A stretch of DNA of 64,000 nucleotides from positions 15,051 to 79,050 of the forward strand of contig JACPID010000021.1 of the NCBI GenBank assembly GCA_016188265.1, given 5' to 3'. The notes below the pieces were generated by a model that saw only the letters and a program-made list of their open reading frames with translations, was not told the origin of the DNA and ran no database searches. The position numbers were made by a program, and so were the translations under genes. The DNA comes from Candidatus Woesearchaeota archaeon. Lineage in GTDB: Archaea; Nanobdellota; Nanobdellia; Woesearchaeales; ARS49. Shown here one piece after another: positions 39,733-48,023 of the stretch. Every line of letters begins with the position of its first letter. The first letter of the stretch is position 1.

Positions 39733-41880
39733 TTATAATTGAGCGCTCAATAATCCAGAATAAATTCTCTGGTTTTGATTCATAACTATTTGTTCTAAAA
39801 AGTCATATGTTTCTTGTACTTTATAAGCACATTCAGAACAATCGGCTATTTTCAAATCCTTTTCAGTACGCCAAATTTTATCCTGATATTCTGCATCTTT
39901 TAATTTTTCTTGAAGAATTATTAGTTTCTCTTCAGATAATTCAAATATTTCAAAAATGTTATTCTTCCATTCTTTTCTACAATCTTCACTTAATAAAAAA
40001 GGTGCGAACATTTTATTTAATCTTTCCTTAACATCATTTTCAAGAAGTTTTTGAAAAGGTTTTAGTTTTTCATTATTCTCAATTTTTGCAGTTATGCCTG
40101 CAAGAATATTTAGTTGAGCTGTTCTTCTATTAAGAAGCCCCGTTTTTTCATCTACTGTAGCTCCATGATAAACATGAACATCTTTAAAAGCAAGTTCATC
40201 GCTTTTGCAATCTTCATTACTGTAAAGTTTTAAATCAGAAGTAATGCCAATAACATGATTAACCAATATTAAAGGAAGCGCCATATCTAAAACATGCTTT
40301 CCAACCATGTTAACTGAATAAATTCCTAAAACATCTCTTGGAAATATTTCTAGATCAAAAAGTTCTTTAATCAAAGCAATTGTTATTGGTGCATATGCTG
40401 GATTAATTCTAAATTCAGCACTATTTTGTTTTTCAAGACTTTCACACAACCTTATTTTTTCATTACCTGCAATTATTAAAAGTTCATTTGCCATTTTAAT
40501 TTCTTTATCAAGACTGTAATTAGAAGAAAATTTTTTAATTGCTTCAGCTTCAAAGCAGAACTCACAACCAAAAGTAGGCCCTCCTTTTAAAACATCTTCT
40601 AAATATTTCAGTTCATCGTATAATCTCTTAATTTCTTTTTTAATGTTATAATCGTTTACACCTTGTTTTTTTTGATTTAAAAAACGCGCTGCAATTAATT
40701 GCCTGCTTCCTGTAGTTAGTGTAAAATCAGCCAAAAAATCCTGCAAAGCAAAATATTCTTTCACCATTGTTATGAGATCTTCATTTTTATAAGATGATCT
40801 TTTTAACAAAACATTATGAGCTAATTTAACATAATCTAAATTTTTACTTCCTAATTTTTCTTCTAAAGAATTTTCTAATTCAAGAAGTTTTTCTAAATTT
40901 TTAATGCATTTAGCATCAGTTTTCAAACATCTCAAACCAGTTAATGATTTTGGATTTTGTTTTGCATATTTTTTTAATTCTTCAAAATCACCCTCATACT
41001 GAATAAATTGATCTGTTTTGCAAGGAACAATAACATTTGCAGTGCCATTAAATTCTTTAACATCAACTTTATCACTTATTACTAAATTAGCAAAACAACA
41101 ATCTTTATCCAAACATAAACTTTCTATATCACCAATAACCAAATTAAAATGAGCATCATCAAAAACAGCATATTTTGACTTAATCCCTCCGATAAAATTT
41201 CCAACAAAAGCCCTTTTTGAAACTCCGCTATAACCTACATTTATTTTTCCAACACTGCCGCAAACTATTGAAGTTAATATGCCATCAAGATTTGCATTTA
41301 TTTCTTCAACATTTTCTCCTACAAAAGAATTTGCAATCCCTGTACAACTTGTTTTTAAATAACCAACACTTCCCCTTACAACTGAACAATCAATGCAGCT
41401 GTCTCTTGAAATTATCTTATGTATGTTTCCATCAATATTTGATTCATCCACACCTTTTGCTCCTGCAGTTATAATATCCAAATCACCAGATATATTTGAT
41501 TTTAATAAACCAGTATTACCTGCTTTTATAATCTTAACACTTCCTTCAATTATTGATGAAATAACACCTGAAAGACCAACAATAATAGTATTTATTCCAT
41601 TATAACAATGCGAATTTTGAACTCCATTAGTTTTTGATTCAATAATATTTATTTTTCCAAAAATATTCGAATTATAAACCCCGTTAGCTGAAGCTATTAT
41701 TTTTTCAATATTACTAAATATACTGCAAGAACAAATACCATTTCCAGTAGAATTTTCAACTAATGAAATTTCTTCTTTGACTGTTTTATTCTTCAAGCCT
41801 TTTTCAAATTTTAAAGACAATCTAAACCTCCCGGCAATTATGCAATGCTTAGTGTAGTGTCGAGAGTGATTTTCGAGCAT
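39733..41880 (-). CDS. large protein with N-terminal beta-helix-like repeats and an uncharacterised C-terminal alpha domain
   Basis: Residues ~60-330 are degenerate 18-22-aa repeats rich in G/N/I/V/S. The C-terminal ~380 aa are helical with Cys pairs (FGCEFCF; CSEC). The ATG at 41880 sits 3 nt from the R3 hairpin; the listed start is TTG at 41886. Confidence 0.4.
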   Translation of the reverse strand: MLENHSRHYTKHCIIAGRFRLSLKFEKGLKNKTVKEEISLVENSTGNGICSCSIFSNIEKIIASANGVYNSNIFGKINIIESKTNGVQNSHCYNGINTIIVGLSGVISSIIEGSVKIIKAGNTGLLKSNISGDLDIITAGAKGVDESNIDGNIHKIISRDSCIDCSVVRGSVGYLKTSCTGIANSFVGENVEEINANLDGILTSIVCGSVGKINVGYSGVSKRAFVGNFIGGIKSKYAVFDDAHFNLVIGDIESLCLDKDCCFANLVISDKVDVKEFNGTANVIVPCKTDQFIQYEGDFEELKKYAKQNPKSLTGLRCLKTDAKCIKNLEKLLELENSLEEKLGSKNLDYVKLAHNVLLKRSSYKNEDLITMVKEYFALQDFLADFTLTTGSRQLIAARFLNQKKQGVNDYNIKKEIKRLYDELKYLEDVLKGGPTFGCEFCFEAEAIKKFSSNYSLDKEIKMANELLIIAGNEKIRLCESLEKQNSAEFRINPAYAPITIALIKELFDLEIFPRDVLGIYSVNMVGKHVLDMALPLILVNHVIGITSDLKLYSNEDCKSDELAFKDVHVYHGATVDEKTGLLNRRTAQLNILAGITAKIENNEKLKPFQKLLENDVKERLNKMFAPFLLSEDCRKEWKNNIFEIFELSEEKLIILQEKLKDAEYQDKIWRTEKDLKIADCSECAYKVQETYDFLEQIVMNQNQRIYSGLLSAQL

Positions 41881-41883
41881 GCT

Positions 41884-41921
41884 CAAGAACTACACGCTAC
41901 CTACTTAAGTAGGTAGTTCTT
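41884..41921. promoter_or_regulatory. Palindromic hairpin R3, copy 2 (loop inverted relative to copy 1), abutting the start of the large gene
   Basis: CAAGAACTAC-acgctacctacttaagtag-GTAGTTCTT. The loop is the reverse complement of the copy-1 loop. Confidence 0.6.
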
Positions 41922-42023
41922 AACATTTTAAAAGCAATATGAATTAATGCAATAAAAACATAATAAATATATCGACGATGGTAAATAGTAAGATTTATAT
42001 ATTAATTAACGATAGTTAATTGC

Positions 42024-42383
42024 ATGGTGAAGCTTATTCAACCGCAGGAATTAGAAGTGTTTTATGTACTTCCAGCTCTGCGCAGAGAACTAACTAAAGA
42101 ATTAATAAATAAAGGCTTAGAGCAAAAAGAAATTGCCAAATTGCTTCATGTTTCAGCGCCATCAATAAGCCATTATATTCATTCAAAGCGTGCTGTTTTA
42201 ATTCAGTTTCAGAAAAAAATTAAAGATGAAGTTAAAAAATCAGCAGAGAAGTTAGTGTCAACCAAAGATTTAATTATTTCAACTCAAGAATTAATAATCA
42301 TGGCCAGAAATGACAAAATCACCTGTAAACTGTGCCAAAAAATAAATAATCAACCATATTCTTGCAATGTATGCTTTAAATGA
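42024..42383 (+). CDS. small HTH protein with C-terminal Cys cluster
   Basis: HTH-like QKEIAKLLHVSAPSISHYI and a C-terminal CKLC...CNVC. Confidence 0.35.
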   Translation: MVKLIQPQELEVFYVLPALRRELTKELINKGLEQKEIAKLLHVSAPSISHYIHSKRAVLIQFQKKIKDEVKKSAEKLVSTKDLIISTQELIIMARNDKITCKLCQKINNQPYSCNVCFK

Positions 42384-42389
42384 GGAATT

Positions 42390-43508
42390 ATGAAAAAAAT
42401 ATATCTTGATCATGCTGCAGCAACACCAGTTGATGCTAGAGTAAAAACTATTATGGATAAATACTTTAATGAATATTTTGGCAATCCTAGCAGCATAACT
42501 GAAGTTGGATTAAACGCAAAAAAAGCTATTGAAGAATCTCGCGAAGTAATAGCACAAATAATAAATGCGCTTCCAGAAGAAATTATTTTTACAAGCAGTG
42601 GAACTGAAAGCATCAATCTAGCAATTCAAGGCATTGCAAAAGCATTGAAACATAAAGGCAATCACGTAATCACTTCAAAAATAGAGCATAACTTAGAACC
42701 AGACAAATACGGGCAAGTTCAACCTGAACAAGTTGAGCAGGCAATAAAACACAATACAATTCTTGCAAGTATAATGTACGCTAACAATGAAATCGGCACA
42801 ATTAATAATATTTCAAAAATAGGAGAAATAGCGCGAAAACAAGAAGTTTATTTTCATACAGATGCCTGCCAAGCAGCAAATTATCTTGATCTTGATGTTA
42901 AAAAACTTAATGCTGATTTATTAACACTAAATGCAAGTAAAATATATGGGCCAAAAGGCGCTGGACTTTTATTTGTTAAGAAAAACACTAAGATTAAGCC
43001 ATTAATTTACGGCGGAGGCCAAGAAAATGGCTTGCGTAGTGGAACAGAAAATGTTCCTGCAATAGTTGGGTTTGCAAGTGCATTGATGCTTGTTGCTAAA
43101 AATCGCAGCCAAGAGTTTGAAAGACTTTTGAATTTAAAGAATATGTTTATTAAAGAATTAAAAAAAACACCAGATACAATTATCAACGGCCACTTAATTG
43201 AAAGCTTACCAAACAATATCAGCGCAACATTTAAAGGAATAGAAGCTGATGCAATTATTTTTCATTTAAATGAACAAGGCATTTTTGCTTCAACAGGAAG
43301 CGCATGCACAACAAAATCATTGGAACCAAGCCATGTAATTACAGGAATTGGGATTCCTGCTCAGCATGCAAATGGAACAGTAAGATTTACATTAGGCAGA
43401 GAAACAACAAAAAAAGATATTGATTATGTTGTTAAAATAATCAATCAAGTTGTTGACAAATTAAGAGCAGTATCACCTGTTCAGTTTGAACAAAAATTAA
43501 TTGTTTAG
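42390..43508 (+). CDS. cysteine desulfurase (class V aminotransferase, IscS/NifS-like)
   Basis: The PLP fold with SGTESINLA, a conserved Lys region (NASKIYGPKG) and SGSAC. Confidence 0.8.
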   Translation: MKKIYLDHAAATPVDARVKTIMDKYFNEYFGNPSSITEVGLNAKKAIEESREVIAQIINALPEEIIFTSSGTESINLAIQGIAKALKHKGNHVITSKIEHNLEPDKYGQVQPEQVEQAIKHNTILASIMYANNEIGTINNISKIGEIARKQEVYFHTDACQAANYLDLDVKKLNADLLTLNASKIYGPKGAGLLFVKKNTKIKPLIYGGGQENGLRSGTENVPAIVGFASALMLVAKNRSQEFERLLNLKNMFIKELKKTPDTIINGHLIESLPNNISATFKGIEADAIIFHLNEQGIFASTGSACTTKSLEPSHVITGIGIPAQHANGTVRFTLGRETTKKDIDYVVKIINQVVDKLRAVSPVQFEQKLIV

Positions 43509-43520
43509 GAGGTAATTAAA

Positions 43521-44294
43521 ATGACAGAACAAGTTGAACAAAATTTAACAAATGAAACAAAAAAATCAAAATATGCTTGCACTGTTTGCGGATATGTTTA
43601 TGATGAATCAGTTGAAAGAGTGTTATGGGCTGATTTAGCTGAAAACTGGACTTGCCCTAAGTGTGGTGTTGGTAAAGATCTTTTTGAATCAATGCAAGAA
43701 GAGCCTGTAGTTAGTAGCCAAAAGCCTGCAGGCATAATGCCTAAAACAGCTGACAAAATCACTAAAGATATGACTATTGGAGAGCTGGTGCAGAATTATC
43801 CTTCTGTTGTTGAAATAATGCTTGCAGAAGGTGTGCATTGCGTTGGTTGCGGAGCAGCTCATTGGGAAACTATTGAACAAGGATTAAAAGGCCATGGTAA
43901 AACAGATAAAGAAGTTGAAGAAGTTGTCAGAAAACTAAATGAAGCAATTCCAGAAGAACATGGAAGTTCTGATAAAATTATAATTACATCAAAAGCTGCA
44001 GTTAAGCTAAAAGAAATACTTAAATCACAAAACAAAGAAAATATGGGATTACGCATTCAAGTTATGCCCGGAGGCTGTTCTGGATTTCAATATGGCTTTG
44101 ATTTTGAAGAAAGCGCAAAAGAAAATGATGAAGTTATTGAAGTTGAAGATGTTAAATTTTTTATTGACACTCAAAGCATTCAAATGCTTAGAGGCGCAAA
44201 AGTTGATTATGTTGACAGCTTACAGGGCGCAGGATTTAAAATAAGCAATCCAAATGCTAAAGCAACTTGCGGTTGCGGGCAGTCATTTAGCTAA
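43521..44294 (+). CDS. tripartite fusion: rubredoxin-like + DUF1858 + A-type Fe-S carrier (IscA/HesB)
   Basis: CTVCGY...CPKCG (rubredoxin-like), [17 protein letters not shown] (DUF1858) and a C-terminal GGCSG...CGCGQSF (IscA family). Confidence 0.55.
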   Translation: MTEQVEQNLTNETKKSKYACTVCGYVYDESVERVLWADLAENWTCPKCGVGKDLFESMQEEPVVSSQKPAGIMPKTADKITKDMTIGELVQNYPSVVEIMLAEGVHCVGCGAAHWETIEQGLKGHGKTDKEVEEVVRKLNEAIPEEHGSSDKIIITSKAAVKLKEILKSQNKENMGLRIQVMPGGCSGFQYGFDFEESAKENDEVIEVEDVKFFIDTQSIQMLRGAKVDYVDSLQGAGFKISNPNAKATCGCGQSFS

Positions 44295-44295
44295 A

Positions 44296-44934
44296 ATGAA
44301 TAAAAAAATAAAAGAAAGGAAATTGAAAATTCTTGCATTTAGCGACATTCATGGAGATCAAGCAGCAATTGATCGCATGGTAAAAAGAGCTGAGCAGGAA
44401 AATGTTGATTTAGTTATTATTGCAGGAGATTTCAGCCCTAGACATGCAATTGATACAGCTCCGCCAAACTTAATTGGCCCTTTCTTAAAATTAGGGAAAA
44501 AAGTTCTAGTTTTGCACGGCAATAATGAAACAGAAACAACAGTTGATTTCTTAACTGATTTGTATGGTGTTCAAAATCTTCACAAGTATTCTTTAGAACT
44601 TAATGGCATAGGTATTTTTGGCGCAGGAAGCGCAGATGTAGGACCATTTCCAATAAATGATAGAGAAATATTTGAGAAATTAGAAAAAAGCCACAATTAT
44701 ATTCAGCAATCAAAGAAAAAAATAATGGTAACTCACGCACATCCTTCAGGATCATTAATTGAAAAATTCACAAATATTTTTAAAGGAAGTGAAAGTGTTA
44801 GAAAAGCAATTGATAAATTTCAACCAAATATTTTAATCTGCGGGCACGTGCATGAAGCTGCAGGTGTTGAAGAAATAATTGGAAAAACAAAAGTAGTTAA
44901 TGTAGCTAAAGTTGGAAAGGTTATTGAAATTTAA
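44296..44934 (+). CDS. metallophosphoesterase (YfcE/MJ0936-like)
   Basis: ILAFSDIHGD, GDFSP, GNNE and GHVHE motifs. The start is taken at the internal Met. Confidence 0.6.
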   Translation: MNKKIKERKLKILAFSDIHGDQAAIDRMVKRAEQENVDLVIIAGDFSPRHAIDTAPPNLIGPFLKLGKKVLVLHGNNETETTVDFLTDLYGVQNLHKYSLELNGIGIFGAGSADVGPFPINDREIFEKLEKSHNYIQQSKKKIMVTHAHPSGSLIEKFTNIFKGSESVRKAIDKFQPNILICGHVHEAAGVEEIIGKTKVVNVAKVGKVIEI

Positions 44935-44955
44935 TCTTTTTTAGTTCCTGTTGTG

Positions 44956-45096
44956 AACTAAAGTTTTGCGTTCGCATGAAATTCTTTAAATTTCAGCGCA
45001 CACAAACTGCAATGCAATTTGTCGTGTTTTATTGATCTAGGCAAAACTTTAGAACCTGTACTTTTGCCTATTTACTTATAAAATGCAAAAGTCTAG
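44956..45096. repeat. Intergenic hairpin repeat R2, copy 2 (with a ~55-bp palindromic insertion)
   Basis: Same modules as 4013..4100, plus the inserted TGAAATTctttaAATTTCA palindrome. Confidence 0.6.
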
Positions 45097-45177
45097 GTAA
45101 AGTTAGGTTTAAAAACAAAACTATATACTGAATATAGTACATGTTTAAAAATGTAAATTTAGATTATTTTAAAAAAG

Positions 45178-45262
45178 GGTGCTGTGGGCAGACGACCTCC
45201 ATTTTCCTAATTTTATTCTGCACAAACCCTCCAATTACACAGCACTCTTTATTTTTATTCAT
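45178..45262 (+). ncRNA. candidate small structured RNA (unclassified)
   Basis: A GC-rich island in AT-rich spacer. A 10-bp terminal stem (GGGUGCUGUG...CACAGCACUC) encloses GCAGA/UCUGC, followed by a T-run. It lies ~80 nt downstream of R2 copy 2. Confidence 0.3.
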
Positions 45263-45309
45263 AACATAATATAGAAAAAAATAAAAGTTAACTCTTTTTT
45301 TAGTAACCA

Positions 45310-46041
45310 ATGGCTCAAAAAAAAGTGCTTATCGGCTGTCCAACTTCAGATAGAAAAGCATATTGTTTGCAAAGATTTATTAGTTCACTAAAATCAATCA
45401 CTTATACAAACTCTGATATTTTGTTTGTAGATAATTCTTCTACTCAAAATTATGCTGAGAATATTAGAAAATACGGGTATGAAGTTGTTCACCAGAAAAC
45501 CAGCGGAAATCATGTCATAGAGCATATTATTCAAAATAGAAATATAATAATAAAACGCGCTCTTGAAAAAAAGTATGATTATTTGTTATTTTTAGATACT
45601 GACATTGAATTTCCAGAAGATCTAATTGAAAGGCTTCTTAAACATGATAAACCAATAACTTCTAGCGTATATTTATCAATACAAACAGTCAAAGGCAAAA
45701 ATTTAATTGCACCAGTTCTTATGGACTTTACAAGTGTAAAAGGATTTGTTCAACATATTCCATTGAATAAAGTAATAAATCAAGACTTTTTTGAAGTAGC
45801 AGCTTGTGGTTTTGGCTGTTGCTTAATAAAAACAGAAGTTCTTGAAAAAGTTCCTTTGAGGTATAATAAAGAGTACGGCGGAGGTGAAGACTTTTTATTC
45901 TGCGCAGATGCAAGAGACAAATTTGGCTATAAAACTTATGTTGATACAAGCATTAAATGCATTCATATTATGGAAGATAGAGATATTGATTTTCCAATGG
46001 CTTCAATATCAACTAGTATTACTTATTCAAGAGCTCAATAA
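45310..46041 (+). CDS. glycosyltransferase (GT-A fold, family-2-like)
   Basis: DxD context LFLDTDIEF, 243 aa. Confidence 0.45.
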   Translation: MAQKKVLIGCPTSDRKAYCLQRFISSLKSITYTNSDILFVDNSSTQNYAENIRKYGYEVVHQKTSGNHVIEHIIQNRNIIIKRALEKKYDYLLFLDTDIEFPEDLIERLLKHDKPITSSVYLSIQTVKGKNLIAPVLMDFTSVKGFVQHIPLNKVINQDFFEVAACGFGCCLIKTEVLEKVPLRYNKEYGGGEDFLFCADARDKFGYKTYVDTSIKCIHIMEDRDIDFPMASISTSITYSRAQ

Positions 46042-46074
46042 GTTGTTAACAACTGGAAAGGAATGGTATGCTTT

Positions 46075-46440
46075 CTAATTTTTCTTAAGTACAGCAGTAG
46101 TTGTTGGAGTGTATTTGAGAATGTTTTCTGCTGATAAAGTAAAACAAACTGATAAAAAAGGGTTGATCGTTTTTTTAATTTCTTCATATTTTTGTACTCC
46201 TTTTTTTGTTAAACTCAAATTTTTATTAGTATAAGAGATGCACTTTCTTTTTTCAAGATTTTCTAAATTTTGGTATAAAGCTCTTTCTTTTTTTCCTGCA
46301 AGATTGGCGCTCATTGCAAGATCAATAAATGCTTTTTTGTTTAAAGAAATAGTATGAGGTTGTTTTTCAAAATGTTGAGAATAAGCTTCCTGGCATGCGC
46401 CTAACATAAACAAAATATGTTCTTGAGCTCTTGATTCCAT
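46075..46440 (-). CDS. hypothetical protein
   Basis: 121-aa ORF in a clean intergenic slot. Confidence 0.3.
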   Translation of the reverse strand: MESRAQEHILFMLGACQEAYSQHFEKQPHTISLNKKAFIDLAMSANLAGKKERALYQNLENLEKRKCISYTNKNLSLTKKGVQKYEEIKKTINPFLSVCFTLSAENILKYTPTTTAVLKKN

Positions 46441-46443
46441 AAT

Positions 46444-47733
46444 TTATGCCTTCTTTAATTTGTTGATAACATCTTCTACTGACAAATACTCTTCTTTTCC
46501 TGTTTTCATATCTTTAAGTTTAACTTTATTTTTCTTAAGTTCATCTTCTCCTACAATTATTGCATAAGCAATGCCTAATTTATCTGCATAATCAAGATTT
46601 TTGCTAATGCTTTTACCAACTTGATCAAGATCAGCTTCTATTTCAGAATCTCGCAATTTTTTAACTATATTCAAACACTGATTTATTGTATTAATGGGAA
46701 TAATATATGCTTTTACTGTTGATTTTTGAGCTGGCTCTTTTTTTAATGCTTCATAAAGTACATCAAGGCCAAATGAAATTCCAACTGCAGGAAATTCTTG
46801 TTTGCTTTTTAAAAACTGGCTTATTATTTTATCAAATCTTCCTCCAGCAGCAATAGAAGATTTTATTTCACTATTTTTAAGAAATACTTCAAATGCAGTT
46901 CCAGTATATATTTCTAAACCTCTTGCCAAACTAGGAAGCAATCTTACATTTTCTTTAATATTTAATTCTTTTAAATAATCAAATAATTCTTGCAGTTCTT
47001 TAATGCCTTGTTTTCCAACTTCATTTGTTACTTTTTTAGAAAGTTTTTCTAAAACTTCAGAATTATCTTTGTTAATAGTTAATAAATTAAATAAATCATT
47101 AAAACTTGATTTTTTAATGCCTTTTTCAATTAATTCTTTTTTAACTTCTTCAACGCCTATTTTTTTTAATTTATCAATTGATAAAATAACATCACTAATA
47201 TTGTTTTTGTTAATGCCTGCAGTTTCCAAAATTCCAGATAATAATTTTCTGTTATTAACTTCAACATAACCCTCAAGTTTTAATTTTTTTAACACTTCTA
47301 AGCTTAAAGCAATTAATTCTGCATCAGCAATCATTGATTTTATTCCAATAATATCAGCATCGCATTGAGTAAATTCTCTAAGCCTTGCTGTTTTTACTGG
47401 ACCGTCTCTGAATACTTTGCCAATTTCATATTTTTTAAAAGGCAATTTTATGTTTGGATTCATTCCTATAAGCCTTGATAAAGGAACTGTAAGATCATAT
47501 CTAAGGGCTAGTTTTCTTCTGCCTTGGTCTTTTAAAGAATAAGTTTCTTTAAGTATTTCAGCACCTCCAGCATATTTAGAAGCAAGAACAGCATATTCTT
47601 CTAGTATAGGAGTTTCTACAGGGTTAAAGCCATACAGTTTGAATGTTTTAACTAATAATTCTTTTATCTGTTCTCTTTTAATTTGTTCCTCAGGCAGATA
47701 ATCCTTTGTTCCTTTAACTAGTTTTAATTCCAT
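46444..47733 (-). CDS. hisS: histidyl-tRNA synthetase
   Basis: Class II motifs (RYDLTVPLSR, GGRFD), a HisRS-like N-terminus and an anticodon-binding C-terminus. Confidence 0.9.
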   Translation of the reverse strand: MELKLVKGTKDYLPEEQIKREQIKELLVKTFKLYGFNPVETPILEEYAVLASKYAGGAEILKETYSLKDQGRRKLALRYDLTVPLSRLIGMNPNIKLPFKKYEIGKVFRDGPVKTARLREFTQCDADIIGIKSMIADAELIALSLEVLKKLKLEGYVEVNNRKLLSGILETAGINKNNISDVILSIDKLKKIGVEEVKKELIEKGIKKSSFNDLFNLLTINKDNSEVLEKLSKKVTNEVGKQGIKELQELFDYLKELNIKENVRLLPSLARGLEIYTGTAFEVFLKNSEIKSSIAAGGRFDKIISQFLKSKQEFPAVGISFGLDVLYEALKKEPAQKSTVKAYIIPINTINQCLNIVKKLRDSEIEADLDQVGKSISKNLDYADKLGIAYAIIVGEDELKKNKVKLKDMKTGKEEYLSVEDVINKLKKA

Positions 47734-48023
47734 GATCTAATACAAGTATTTACAGTTTAAAAAAGTTTAGTTCTCGCCTAGCCAGGAACCGGAGAAAAAA
47801 GATAATTCTTATCATGACAACTAAAAAATTCTGTAACAGCCGCAAAAATTGTTCTCACATTTTTCTTCTAACTTAACTTTATCACGTGAAAAGTAAATAC
47901 AAATGTGAAAAGATAATAATAGAAGTCCAAACTTACTACTTAGTTAGATAAAGTGGCAAAGTTAAGTTCTAAGCTTTCCACCATTAATGCAAGAATTAAT
48001 AAAGAGAAACAGATAACTAAATT

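Noticed and set aside
37528-41921. The 4.3-kb cassette between R3 hairpins as an integrated mobile element
   Set aside because: No integrase, transposase or target-site duplication is recognisable. It is kept only as a flagged observation, not a mobile_element call.
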